The notes below the pieces were generated by a model. The model was not told the origin of the DNA, made no database searches, and was given only the letters and a program-made list of their open reading frames with translations. A stretch of 63,978 nucleotides of DNA, counting the filler, from Pirum gemmata (Eukaryota): the NCBI GenBank assembly GCA_002812295.1. It is 30 parts of 30 records of this genome, joined end to end, with 100 filler letters (N's around TTAATTAATTAA, not from the genome) between each part and the next. Parts side by side here need not be neighbours in the genome. Positions count along the whole stretch, not along the records: positions 51,132 to 53,107 come from PDIN01009696.1; positions 53,208 to 55,158 come from PDIN01009697.1; positions 55,259 to 57,233 come from PDIN01009698.1; positions 57,334 to 59,309 come from PDIN01009699.1; positions 59,410 to 60,543 come from PDIN01009700.1; positions 60,644 to 62,587 come from PDIN01009701.1; positions 62,688 to 63,978 come from PDIN01009722.1; 23 more parts are not named here. One strand, written 5' to 3'. Position numbers and translations under genes: made by a program. Positions 51,270-63,978 of the stretch are shown in pieces. Position 1 is the stretch's first letter. Every line of letters starts with the position of its first letter.

Positions 51270-51830
51270 GATGTGTAGCGAGATGTTGTGCAGCGAGGTA
51301 GTGAGCAAATAGTTGTAGTCTAGCTAGTTCAGCTTTGTAGTTTCAAAAGTGTTTGAAATAATACAAGCCAGCTACTAACTAGCTCTTATGACTCTCTTAT
51401 GTGGGTTTTACTTATTTCGGTTGCAGTACTGTTTTGTAACAATTGACATGATTGTTTTAATAATAGTAATAGATTAATTAAAAGGTATAGTTTAAATTAA
51501 AGTGTACTTGTTTACTTTGGTACTTGTTTATAGTCTATAGAATAATAATAATAAGTGTAAAATAACAGTATCAATGTCAAGTGTGTAGCATATGCTGTAA
51601 ATTAAATCAAGTAAATAATGTGCCAAGTGTGAAGCATATATAAATAAGTGTAAAATAACAGTATATATGTCAAGTGTATAACATATCCTATAAATTAAAT
51701 TTTAAATAAATAATATGCCAAGTATGAAGCATATATAAAATTTAATTAATAAGTGTATAGGTAAGTGGTCGCCTAGTGAAGGTCATAGACTCAAGGAAAG
51801 TCAAGATATAAATAATAAGTGTATAGTTGC
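51270..51830. repeat. Dispersed repeat family F
   Basis: Reverse-complement match to ~59550-59945 (taagtggtcgcctagtgaaggtcatagactcaaggaaagtcaagat). Confidence 0.75.
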
Positions 51831-52539
51831 CGCCCAGTAAAGGTCAGACTCAAAGAAAGTCAAGGTATAAATAATAAGACTTAGTGTACTTATTTATAAT
51901 AGCAATGTAATAATAGTAATAACTGTACTTACAATTATTATATAGAAATTGAATGATAAAAGTGTAATGATTGTTTGATGTAAGTATGATTGATTGAATA
52001 TTGAAAAGGTGTAAAATTTTAATAATAAGGGTATTTATTTAAAATTTATATAGCAATATAATAATAATAATAACTGTACTTATTATTATTATATAGAGAT
52101 GTGTAGACTATAGATATTAAGAAGCGTAAAGTCTATTGTAATGGAATAGTGTAAATAGAGTAAGAAAATGGGAAAGTAGAAAAAACTCTGAAATGTGTAT
52201 GTATAATAATATTATGTAAAATTTGTGCTTGAAATTGTAATTTTTGATAATGTTGCAGTTTTAGTATGAATGGTAAACCAAACAATAAAGTAAATGTTGT
52301 AATTAATATTATGTATCGATTATTTGATAAGTATTAGTAGTTTGAATATAATCCATATTTGAAATAAAACAATATAAGAATTTGAAAAAATGATTGTATC
52401 GATAATATACATTATACATAAGGGAGGTACTAACTACTAGCTAAAGCAGGGGAGTGCAGGCTGCAGGGGTACTAACATAATATTATTATGGTAATAACTA
52501 CTAGGGTCTCTAGCTAGATACTCGATTCGATATCTTTCA

Positions 52540-52600
<61 letters not shown>

Positions 52601-53839
52601 GTAATAATAAGGGGTTAGGATTGCGTGAACCCTCCTTCCATTTGAACATATTCAGCTCGATTCGATATCTTTCAAAAGATAAATCAAACTGTTTTTTTGC
52701 TATATATATATAGTTATATATGAATTTTTCTGGCCATTCAGCGATTTCCAAAATCGTTTACATTTTGGTTTCTTAACAGCCAATTATCTGCATTACTTCT
52801 CGTCGTTTTCCTATAAAGTTTGGTTGTTGTATGTTGGATGTTGCTGCACTTCCAAGTCCTAACCACAACTGTAACCTTGAGCTGTATACTGCTGTATCGT
52901 AAGTGACAACACAACACAAAAGCATGTTTTTTAGCCGAAGTTACAGGATTTTGGAGACAAGAAAATGGGGATGTTTTCGACTTTTTTTTTTTTTTTCTAA
53001 AGGATGTTTTGCAGGGATGTTTTGGGAGGTTTGCTTGAAAAAGCCTTTTTTAAAAAAATCCCGTCGGGTACCATTTTTTCCCATATTAGGTTCGCTTTTT
53101 TTTTTTTNNNNNNNNNNNNNNNNNNNNNNNNNNNNNNNNNNNNNNNNNNNNTTAATTAATTAANNNNNNNNNNNNNNNNNNNNNNNNNNNNNNNNNNNNN
53201 NNNNNNNAATAATAATAATAATAATAATAAGCATAAGCATAATAATAATAATAATAATATGATATGTTCACACATTGAAATGCTTGTTCATGACATTGTA
53301 ATAACATGCATATGATTATAAATTATTTAACAGTTCTTTATAAAATGATACTAACGGCAGTGGACTCTAATAACACATTATAACTATAATAATATAATGA
53401 AGTAATTACAATTGTTGTTATAAGTTCAAAATAATAATAATATTGATAATGATAAACAATAAAAAATAAAATAAGAACCAACGAACAATAACAATAAACA
53501 ATAACAATAAACAATAACAATAAACAATAACAATAAACAATGACAATATTATATTCATAAACAACAATAATAAATAATAAATAATAAATAATAAATAATA
53601 AATAATAAACAATAGTAAACACTTAAAAATTACAAAAACTATTACTATTATACTATTCTTTCATTAATTATTATTATTATTCGCATCATTATTATTGTTG
53701 TACACGCGTGTTAGTTTGTTTATATTAATATTATTATAATAACAATAATAATTATTATTACCTTCACTCATAGCTATATATTCGCTTTCATTGTGTCAAT
53801 CATATTTTTTATATAATATAACCCATCTAGCAGGATCCC

Positions 53840-54135
53840 TCTAATTTTGTGACCAGTTTTTCTGTTTTTTCTAAAAAAATCCTTTGTAATCAAAAGTTAA
53901 AACATAGCCATTTTTGGTTAATTGAGTAACACTAATAATGGTTTCTTTTGCTTCAGGGACTATTAGTGTTCTGCTAGGTAGTTCTTTCAATTCTCCCATT
54001 CCTTTACATTCCATACTTTCCCCTAGGGTGGAAATGTCAATTTTTTCCTGTGGAAATGTCAACTTTTTCCTTTACGAAATTTTTTATTTCGTTATCATTG
54101 TTGACTAAGTGTTCATCGTACCAATAGATGCTGTT
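53840..54135 (-). pseudogene. Ty1/copia Pol remnant (protease-region beta-barrel)
   Basis: DEHLVN...F...ISTLGESMECKGMGEL...TLIVPEAKETIISVTQLTKNGYVLTFD matches the copia GxG...LxVPxxxxNLISVxxLxxxGYxVxF pattern; interrupted by stops. Confidence 0.72.
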
Positions 54136-54194
54136 CCTAGAGAAATTAGTAACGCTTTAACTGATGTTTATTATAATATTTATGATGAAAGAGA

Positions 54195-55090
54195 AAATAT
54201 TTCCAGAATTAGATTTATATTTCCAGAATTAGAATTAGAATACTAAAACTAAAATAAAAAAAAGTTTTCAAAACATAAATTATAAAACTAAATTAAAAAA
54301 TGTTTCCAAAAACATAAATTATAAAACTAAAATAAAAATACTTACAAAACCAGAATATTTCCAGAATTGGATTTATATTTCCAGAATTAGATTTATATTT
54401 CCAGAATTAGATTTAGAATACCAAAAATATAGATTATAAAACTAAAATAAATTTTTTTTTCCAAAAATACAAATTATTAAACTAAAATAAAAAATGTTTC
54501 CAAAAACATAAATTATAAAATTAAAATAAAAATACTTACTAAACCAGAATATTTCCAGAATTAGATTTATATTTCCAGAATTTGATTTATGTTACCAGAA
54601 TTAGATTTACATTTCCAGAATTAGATTTAGAATACTAAAAATATAAATTATAAAACTAAAATAAAAAAAGTTTCCAAAAATATAAATTATAAAACTAAAA
54701 TAAAAAAAAGTTTCCAATATAAATTATAAAGCTAAAATAAAAAAAGTTTCCAAAATATAAACTATAAAACTAAAATAGAAAAAATTTCCAAAAATATAAA
54801 AAATTAGAAGTATTTTTCCAGAGAGATGGGGGGAAACATAATCGAATCAAACTGCTCGATCTTAATCTAATAAATAGTGGCAATTTTGAAATGATATTCT
54901 TTTTTTTTTCAGATCAAGAAATTTCAAAAATTTCGAACTAGTCTCGATTCGATGGTTTTTCCCGCATCTCCCAGAATTAAAATTAGAATAGTATTTCCAG
55001 AATTAGAATTATATTTCCAGAATTATAATTTTATTTCCAGAATTATAATTTTATTTCCAGAATTATAATTTTATTTCCAGAATTATAATT
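54195..55090. repeat. Compound minisatellite (20-bp ATTTCCAGAATTAGATTTAT and ~37-bp units) interrupted by a family D MITE at 54821-54972
   Basis: Direct read. Confidence 0.9.
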
Positions 55091-55882
55091 ATTTTTTTAT
55101 TTAATTATTTTTTTATTATTAAATTATTTTTTTACTCAATTATTTTTTTACTCAATTANNNNNNNNNNNNNNNNNNNNNNNNNNNNNNNNNNNNNNNNNN
55201 NNTTAATTAATTAANNNNNNNNNNNNNNNNNNNNNNNNNNNNNNNNNNNNNNNNNNNNTTAATATTATTATTATCATTGAAAACATTATCAATAATTACT
55301 TGTAGAATATATCGTATTATTTAATGGATTTATTATTTGTCCTGAAAAAATGTAAATATAACTGGCTACAACTATAAAATAATGATGTTATAATAATAAT
55401 AAAATGAAATAAAATAAAATACTAAACTACACCAACAAAAATAAACAGATAAATTATATTAATACAGAGTAAACCCTAACCCTAACCCCAACACTAACCC
55501 TAACACTAACCCTAACCGTAGCCCTAACCCTAACCCTAACACTAACCACAATCCTAAACCCCTAACCCTAACCCCTAATAATAATAATAATAATATAATA
55601 ATAATAAGTAACAACTAAACTCGTTATAGTGCTTTTCAGTTATTTTGTCGTCATAAAATATACAATAAATAGTACCAAAATAATACAATATACATCCATT
55701 TCATTGAATTTGGTATGTTTTATTATATATTTATTTATTTAAAAGTATCAATTTAAATATTATAAACAACCAAATAAATATTCGGAGTGAGAAAATAAAT
55801 GAAAAGCACGATAATAATAATAATTATGATACATGAGAATAAAATGATAGTTTACTAATGAAATGATAATAATATAATCATA

Positions 55883-55980
55883 CCAGTAAAAAATCTGAAG
55901 ATGGAAAAATCTGAATCTAGAAGGGTATTTTTGCAAAACTACCCTTCTAGATTCAATTCCATCTTCAGATTTTTTACTGG
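55883..55980. mobile_element. 98-bp near-perfect foldback MITE flanked by TA
   Basis: TA-CCAGTAAAAAATCTGAAGATGGAA...TGAATCTAGAAGGGTA-loop-TACCCTTCTAGATTCA..TTCCATCTTCAGATTTTTTACTGG-TA. Confidence 0.8.
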
Positions 55981-56012
55981 TACTAGCTACTAGCTAGAGC
56001 TGAATAGACTTA

Positions 56013-56308
56013 GGGAGCGTTCAATAATTACGTAACGCCGATATAGGACAAAAACCTACCCGACTAGGCTACTACCCCCCGTGTAACAACGATTTGGAAA
56101 AATAGTACCCTAAATTACCCCTCATATATATATAGTAAAAAATCACTCTTTTTCGCCAAAAAGAGTGATTTTTTACTATATATATATATATAGGGGTATA
56201 ATTTTTTTTTGCGTTATGTCATATTACGAAAACCTACCCCACGGCCTGTCCCAAAAATCCGACCCCCCCTACCTACCCCACAGCGTTACGTAATTATTGA
56301 ACGCTCCC
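56013..56308 (+). mobile_element. PIF/Harbinger-like MITE, 296 bp, perfect 26-bp TIR, TTA target-site duplication
   Basis: TTA|GGGAGCGTTCAATAATTACGTAACGC ... GCGTTACGTAATTATTGAACGCTCCC|TTA. Confidence 0.92.
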
Positions 56309-57155
56309 TTATTATAGTAAGTTTTTATAGTGCTTTTTTAGTTGTTTTGTCATCATGAAATATATAATAAATAGTACCAAATTACTACAATATAAGTCCA
56401 TTTTATTTAATTTGGTATATTTTATTATCTATGTATTTATTTAAAAGTATCAATTTAAATATTATAACCCTCCAAATAAATAATAAGAGCACAATAATTA
56501 ATTACCCACAAATCATGTATTCCCCCCCCCCAAAAAAAAGGTCAGAAATTTCGAAATTTTTCGATCTAATTTTTTAAGTAGTTTTTAAGTATTGACTCCT
56601 AGATTGACTCACTTTTGAATTCATTATCGAGCTTTTTATTATTTTGTACCAAATTAATATAATATAAATCCATTTTATTTAATTTGGTATGCTTTATTAT
56701 CTATTTATTTATTTAAAAAAGTCAATTTAAATATTATAACCGACCAAATAAATTTTTGGGGGTGACAAAATAAATGAAATAAAAAATCTGTTAAAAAAAT
56801 TCTAAAAAATTCTTAAAATTTTTTCATAGGAAGACTTGAAACAGTCTTGAAACTCGAAAAAAAAAAGAATATCATTTCAAAATTGTTGCTATTTAATAAT
56901 TAGGATCGAGCTATTTAATAATTAGGATCGAGCTATTTAATAATTAGGATCGAGCTATTTAATAGCTAGCTAGTCCAAGGTAAAACCAAAAAAAAGGATA
57001 AAAAAATCGATCGACCTTTGGCACTCTTATCATTTTCATTATCACTATTATCAATATTATCATTATCATTATCATTATCATTATCATTATCATTATCATT
57101 ATCATTATCATTATCATTATCATTATCATTATCATTATCAGTATCACCCTCATAC

Positions 57156-57233
57156 CCATTTTCAAGGCTCTCTTTGTTGGCTTGGACCTGGTTAAAAATG
57201 AGCTCAATGGGGTCTAGGAACGCTTTGTTGCTC
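57156..57233 (-). CDS. Truncated exon of an unknown protein (SNKAFLDPIELIFNQVQANKESLENG)
   Basis: GC-richer open frame ending at a gtatga donor, followed by a microsatellite-filled intron; cut by the scaffold end. Confidence 0.45.
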
Positions 57234-57944
57234 NNNNNNNNNNNNNNNNNNNNNNNNNNNNNNNNNNNNNNNNNNNNTTAATTAATTAANNNNNNNNNNN
57301 NNNNNNNNNNNNNNNNNNNNNNNNNNNNNNNNNTATTATGATTATTATTGTTATTATTATTATTATATAATTATATATTATTATTATTATTATTATATCG
57401 ATATCATAATCAATTATTATTATAATTAGTCATGATCGGTAATCATATTCTTTTCTTTGTTCTTCGTTGAATTAAATTGCTTTAAATTATTATTATTATT
57501 ATTATTATTAAAAAATTATTATTATTATTATTATATCTTTCATATTAATATTATAATGACAACGAAAAAGAAAGATATATTTCAACAAAGCAATTCAATA
57601 AAGATGGTACTGATGATGAATATTGACCATTAAAAGTAATTAATTGTATATGAATTATGAAGCATGGAAAAATCGAATATCTATATTGAAATAAAAGCAA
57701 TGAATAATAAGAAAAGCAAGAAAAATTCACAATAAAACAAAATTACAATTAAATAATTACTATGATAATGCAAAAAAAAGCTTTTTTTTTGGGGGGGGGT
57801 ACCGAGCATTAAATTTTGGCTTCCTAGCTAGTCCCGGACTGGGATGCAAAGCATTGCAAACTTGCAAGTATTTTGGTCGACGGTATCGAAAGTTCTGATT
57901 CGAAACTTCGAAAGTGTATTGGACTTCTTGTGTCTCTCTAGCTA

Positions 57945-58242
57945 GGGAGCGTTCAATAATTACGTAACGCTGGGGGTAGGTAGGGAGGGGTCGGATTTTT
58001 GTGACAGGCTGTGACGCAGTAGGGGGGTAGGTTTTCGTAATATGACATAACGCAAAAAATATATATAACATGAGGGGTAATTTAGGGTACTATTTTTTCC
58101 AAATCGTTACGTCATAAGGGTAGGTAGTCCTTCTCAAACGTGACAGGTCTTTACATGGGGTAGTAGGGTAGGTTTTTGTCCCNTGGGGTAGTAGGGTAGG
58201 TTTTTGTCCCAAATCGGCGTTACGTAATTATTGAACGCTCCC
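57945..58242 (-). mobile_element. Second copy of the ~300-bp Harbinger-like MITE, CTA target-site duplication
   Basis: CTA|GGGAGCGTTCAATAATTACGTAACGC ... GCGTTACGTAATTATTGAACGCTCCC|CTA. The interior is largely the reverse complement of 56013-56308. Confidence 0.92.
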
Positions 58243-58491
58243 CTAGCTATAGTAGACTAGATTGGCCTAGATTCTAGCAAGCTAGCTAGGGCCTAGATTG
58301 GCCTTTTAAAAAAAACTTTGGCCTTGTAAGTATTCGAATTCTTTAGAGAGAAAAAAAAAACCCAAAAAAAGAATAAAAAAAGAACACAGCACAATTTCAC
58401 TTTATTAGGAAAATATGATTATCTATTTTTAAAAAAAAAAAAAAAATTCTATTCTATAGATAAAATTTTTTTGACCATGGATCTACCAGTA

Positions 58492-58644
58492 AGCGTTCAA
58501 ATAATACGTCACGTCAAGGGGTAGGTAAGTAGAGTGTAGGTAGGTGGTATTTGACCGGAAATTAACGTCGAGGGGTAGGTAGGTAGGGGTATTTGAAGCT
58601 GTATTTAACAGGAAATTGGCGTTATGTAGTATTTGAACTCTCCC
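58492..58644 (+). mobile_element. Harbinger-like MITE family A, near-complete copy
   Basis: AGCGTTCAAATAATACGTCACG ... CGTTATGTAGTATTTGAACTCTCCC. Confidence 0.85.
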
Positions 58645-59638
58645 AGGGATCTGACAGTAGGGGTGAGATGACGTCATTTTATTATTACCGAACAGCTGCC
58701 GGAACTTTTCCGATTTTTATGGTTTTTATTACTATTAATGTTAATATTATTACTTTAATTGGAACTAAGGTTGGCTCGATAAGCATCTGTTCGAAAAAAG
58801 TTCCAGTAGATATCTCACCCCTACTGATCTGACTCGACCTGAGCTATTCGACCTGAGCTCAGCTAGCCTCAGGTAGGCCTCTGAGCCTCTCCCAATTTTG
58901 CTCAAACCTGAAAACTCGAATTTCTGCTGTCAAAAAAAACCAAAATTCAGCTCCGTTCGAAATTTTTTTTTTTCGTGTTTTTCGGGTTTATTAATAAATT
59001 AGTATATTTGAATACTTTTAATTGTAAGCTTGAACATTTCGAACTTATTAATTAATACATAGACTCGAAATCTGGTAGTAAAGACTTCTAGCTAGACTTA
59101 GTCTATCGATAGCTACTCCAGCTAGTCTAGCTACTAGCTAGCTAGTAGCTGCTAGTAGCTAGCCTAGTAGAGTAGGGGTGAGATGACGTCATTTTATTAT
59201 TACCGAACAGCTGTCGGAACTTTTCCGTTTTTATGGTTTTTATTACTATTAATGTTAATATTATTACTTTAATTGGTATCTACTATAATTAGTTATACTA
59301 TTTTAAGCTNNNNNNNNNNNNNNNNNNNNNNNNNNNNNNNNNNNNNNNNNNNNTTAATTAATTAANNNNNNNNNNNNNNNNNNNNNNNNNNNNNNNNNNN
59401 NNNNNNNNNAAAAATATTTTAATTGGTCAATTATATTTAAGCCAATTACGGGTAGAATTTGGCCTTTTTCGAGAAATGACAAAGAGATTTTCGGGGCAGA
59501 AGGCAGAAGTAGAAAGTCCAGTTTTAGGAGCAGAATTCGGAGAAGTCTAACCTATACACTTATTATTTATATCTTGACTTTCCTTGAGCCTATGACCTTC
59601 ACTAGTAGGCGGCAACTTACCACTGCACTACTATCAGA

Positions 59639-59733
<95 letters not shown>

Positions 59734-60692
59734 ATTTATATATGCTTCACACTTGGTATATTATTTACTTAATTTAATTTACAGCATATGTTACACACTT
59801 GTCATAGATACTGTTACTTTAAATTTACCTTTTAATCTATTACTATTATGAAAAACAATCACATGTTCGAACTATATTAAAAATATACAGCTCGAAATTA
59901 CAAAGTCGAACTACAACTATTTTGCTCTCTACCTCGCTGCACAACTAAAAAGGGAGCGTTCGAAATTCAAACACTACGTAACGCCAATTTCTAGTCAAAT
60001 ACAGCCTCAAATACCCCTATCTACCTACCCCTCGATGTTAATTTCCGGTCAAATACCACCTACCTACCTACCCCTTGACGTGACGTATTACAAACAATCT
60101 AAAAACGCACAAAAAATTTATTTTATGAATCAAACTGACGAATCAAAACATTTTATTTACATTTTTTCCAAATAAAGTTAATTTGTGCAAATTTTGTGGA
60201 GTATTGGAGTAGTATTGGTTAGACTTCTCTGAATCCTACGGCAATTTCTGCTCGGGCAGAATTTGGCCTTTTTCGAGAAAAGGCAGAATGGTGTTTCAAA
60301 AAATTAATTTTTTGAAAAAAAAAAAAAAAAAAGGAGATTGATTCTACCACTATAAAAATATAAGCTCGAAATTTTCAAACCTAGTATTTATTAATAAACT
60401 CGAAAAAATTAATTTCGCACAGACCAAACAGACCAGAAATTCGGCTCGGCAGAAATCGAGCTTTTCGGGGCAGAAGGCAGAAGCAGAAAGTCGAGTTTTA
60501 GGGTACCAAATAAAGTTAATGCTTTTGTTTTTTGTCTTACAAGNNNNNNNNNNNNNNNNNNNNNNNNNNNNNNNNNNNNNNNNNNNNTTAATTAATTAAN
60601 NNNNNNNNNNNNNNNNNNNNNNNNNNNNNNNNNNNNNNNNNNNTTATTATTATTATTATTATTATTATTAGGAAAAAAACAAAAAAAAAAAC

Positions 60693-61076
60693 ATGATCAT
60701 TAACAAATTTTATATTGCTTTCCCCTTGATAGTATTCTGTCTTTTTTGCTTTACAGTTTTTAGTTTCGTTGGGGAGGAAAACAGCAAAGTAATTACAATT
60801 ATAAAAAACTTTGCTAATCCTGTTAATACAACTAACACCAATATTACTCGAGAGAGCTATGAAAAACCACAACCACAACCACAACCACAACCACAACCAC
60901 AATCGCGTGAACAACCAGAACAACAACAGCAGCAGCAACAACAACAAATACAGATACAAATGAAAACATTAGAACAAAAAGAGAATATAATTATCGAACA
61001 AGACATCAAAATCAAAAAAATGACGAAAGAAATGTCAACGAAAGAAAAACAATTACTCGAAAAGGATGCACAATTA

Positions 61077-61118
<42 letters not shown>

Positions 61119-62306
61119 AAAGACAACCAATGCACAACAGTATTTCCATCACAAGATTCTAACTACGTACCTTTCTATGTCTATGAACCGACTTTATTTG
61201 AAGGTTACAATGTTTGCGTGAATAACCTTAACAGGTTATCCTCGCCTAAACATAATCACTTTCGACATGCTTACAAAAACTTCCTTAAGCACCCATGGAG
61301 GGTTAATACCCCGGAACAAGCACAAGCATTTTTCGTTCCGGTACCCTTCGATCGCATATTTCGAAGTAGATGTGGCAGATTTACCCTGGAAAATCATCAA
61401 ACTTTTGTCAATAATATAACAAACGTAATGAAGAGTATGAATATGGATCACCGACCTCATATTATTATTGCGAATGATTTTAAGACTAGAAATGTAATCG
61501 ATTTATTAAGTGAATCGGGTAAGAAAAACAAATTTACGTTCGCGATTGGCAATATGGAAAATTTTTGTAACCGAAAGCTGCCTAATGTAAACCTAATTGG
61601 GTTGGGTTATTCTACTATTGTAGCCGAGGCTCTTTTTACTCAACAAAAAAGCTACAACATTGTAACTAATGAAACTAGACCTTATCGGTTAACTTTCGCA
61701 AGCAATCCTCAAACAACGCACGACAGAAAAGACTTGTACAGGTACTTAAGCGACGATAAAAGCATTTCAAAATTTAATCAAGACCGTGGCTTAGTGTTCA
61801 TTTCCACTGATAAAAAATACAACAAACACTACAACAACAAGTTCAAGCCTTGTAATAATAACGATGCTATTGAGAAAGGTAAAAACAGCGAAAACATTGT
61901 GGGATGCTTGTTTAGTGGCAACCAACCCACCATGCAAAAATATTATGAAAACTCAACGTTTTGTCTGTTTTTGAGAGGTGATACTCCAGGTTCTGATCGG
62001 GTTCAAAACTCCTTAGCAGCTGGTTGCATACCCATTGGAGTGGGGGATGATATGGATGAAATTTCTAATTGGATGCCTTTTCAAACTATCATTCCGTGGG
62101 CTAAGCTTTTGCTGTTTGTTCCGAGAAAATCTTTTCGCGAAAACCCTGTCAAAGCTCTCGAAATCATCATGGATTCTATTAGTGAATCTGAAATCATCCT
62201 TAGGAGAAAACTGATTAAGTTTTATAGACCCCATTTTGATTGGGGTGTTGAAGATACGAAAATGACAGAAAACATTTTGCGTGAAAGTAAATACAACTAT
62301 ATATGA
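60693..62306 (+). CDS. Exostosin-family (GT47) glycosyltransferase, type II membrane protein with QP/poly-Q stem, intronless
   Basis: N-terminal TM anchor; PFYVYE, HPWRVNTPEQAQAFFVP, RPHIII, STFCLFLRGDTPGSDRVQNSLAAGCIP and MPFQTIIPW motifs. Confidence 0.92.
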
Positions 62307-62402
62307 TATAAATTTTAAGTGAAAACAAGAACAGACAGAAAACATTTTGCGTGAAAGTAAATACAACTATATATGATATAATTTTTAAGTGAAAACAAGA
62401 AC
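62264..62402 (+). repeat. 70-bp tandem duplication spanning the GT47 stop codon
   Basis: gacagaaaacattttgcgtgaaagtaaatacaactatatatgatataa(a/t)ttttaagtgaaaacaagaac occurs twice with one mismatch. Confidence 0.9.
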
Positions 62403-62825
62403 TTCAAAGTAATAGACTTGAAGTCCTTGGTGAAAAGTAAACTTAAGTGGTGGTGAGAAAATTCAATTGTTCGGCTGGTCCGGGACATCCAAATTAATTC
62501 CTATCATGTTCTTTTAGATAAATCATGATTGATCACAGTAAAACTTATGAAATAAATAAATAAAATAAATAAAATAAATAAAATAAANNNNNNNNNNNNN
62601 NNNNNNNNNNNNNNNNNNNNNNNNNNNNNNNTTAATTAATTAANNNNNNNNNNNNNNNNNNNNNNNNNNNNNNNNNNNNNNNNNNNNTAATAATAATAAT
62701 AATAATAATATATTAAAAAAATTTTTTAAAAAATCAAACTTATGACACAAACTACTCACAAACTTTATTTGTATGATATCATATCACGATAATTAAACTG
62801 TGGATTGTTTGAGCTAGAAAATTCG

Positions 62826-62859
<34 letters not shown>

Positions 62860-63334
62860 TATCATAGTCTAAAATAAAAATGACTGTATGACATCATAAT
62901 CATTTAGGCTCGAAAAATTATATATTCTCGATCGAAAACCAATCTTTGATTTGGGAGCGTTCAAATAATACGTCACGTCAAGGGGTAGGTAGATAGGCGT
63001 TTTTTGACTGGAAATTTTAACGTCAAGGGTAGGTAGGTAGGGTATTTGAAGCTGTACTTGACCAGAAATTGGCGTTATTTTATAAAATTTTACAGCTCTA
63101 GTGACCTGCTCGATAGAACAGGCTCGAAATCATCATAAGATTTTTTCGATTTTGCTCTCTCTCTCAAAACAAAAAANNNNNNNNNNNNNNNNNNNNNNNN
63201 NNNNNNNNNNNNNNNNNNNNNNNNNNNNNNNNNNNNNNNNNNNNNNNNNNNNNNNNNNNNNNNNNNNNNNNNNNNNNNNNNNNNNNNNNNNNNNNNTCAT
63301 CTAGAAATGTTATGTTACCCAAACTAAATGGTAA

Positions 63335-63640
63335 CGCTAACCCTATCGATAACGCTTACCCTAAAGCCCTTACCTACCCTTACCCAATCCTAACCCTATC
63401 CTGTTGATTCCTAACCCTAAACAGTCGTAAACCTAAACCTAACCCTAACCCTAACTCCAACTCCAACTCTAACCCTAACCCTAACCCTAACCCTAACCAA
63501 CCCTAGAGCCCTAACCCTAACCCTAACCCTAACCCTAACCCTAACCCTAACCCTAACCCTAACCCTAACCCTAACCTTTACTATCTAACCCCAACGTTCA
63601 CTAACCCTAATACTTCCTAATAACACTAACTCTAACCAGT
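63335..63640. repeat. Interstitial degenerate (CCCTAA)n tract
   Basis: Direct read. Confidence 0.9.
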
Positions 63641-63978
63641 TCCTAACTGTAGTAGTTTATTATTACTATTATATATATATTATGATAACCATCATGATCA
63701 ATTCCGTGTTGTTATTAATTTGAAAAGCATGATATAGTATGCATATGTGTATGTATAACGTGTTGTTTTTGTTTCGTTTTTGTTTGTTCTATTGTCGTTG
63801 TATTTTTAACTTTTTTAATACAATAATATTATAATATCGAGTGTGTTATATCAATGATATCCATAATTATTGTTGAGAAAAAGACTTGTCATGCTTCTCC
63901 TGGTATTATACAACTAGTCATGCTTCAATCATTTATTATTATGATATCATATTAAATAAAAATAGTAGGGGTGAGATG

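Noticed and set aside
54195..55090. CRISPR-like repeat-spacer array
   Set aside because: Units are tandem with no unique spacers, the context is eukaryotic and there are no cas genes.
58157..58211. Short duplication inside the MITE around a single N (likewise at 25230)
   Set aside because: Identical sequence on both sides of an N indicates an unmerged assembly overlap.

Overview
This window is not one locus. It is about 30 short (~1-4 kb) scaffolds of a very AT-rich, intron-containing eukaryote, joined by 29 artificial N-TTAATTAATTAA-N linkers, so neighbourhood means nothing across a linker. TTAGGG repeats, GT-AG introns, standard stop codons, an STK32/YANK-like kinase and a PAR/C-EBP-like bZIP suggest a unicellular opisthokont such as an ichthyosporean (inference only). 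Recognisable genes or gene pieces: a secreted Gly/Trp-tailed precursor, an AATF/Bfr2 exon, an STK32-like kinase exon, a UbiA/MenA-type prenyltransferase, a bZIP factor, a SWEET transporter, pyroglutamyl-peptidase I, a DHX33-like helicase (5 exons), a leishmanolysin-like M8 protease, an exostosin/GT47 glycosyltransferase and a tRNA-Phe(GAA) with an unusual D-arm. The rest is microsatellite, about 20 mostly interstitial TTAGGG tracts, several MITE families (two Harbinger-like, one showing exact 3-bp TSDs), decayed transposon ORFs and an 82-bp 28S rRNA fragment. The most striking unexplained signal is pervasive CTAG-rich patchwork built from tiny direct and inverted copies of neighbouring sequence. 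It is inserted into and between repeats but was not seen in intact coding exons, which suggests a very active templated-insertion or excision-footprint process. All family assignments are from motif recall, not database searches, and repeat coordinates are approximate.
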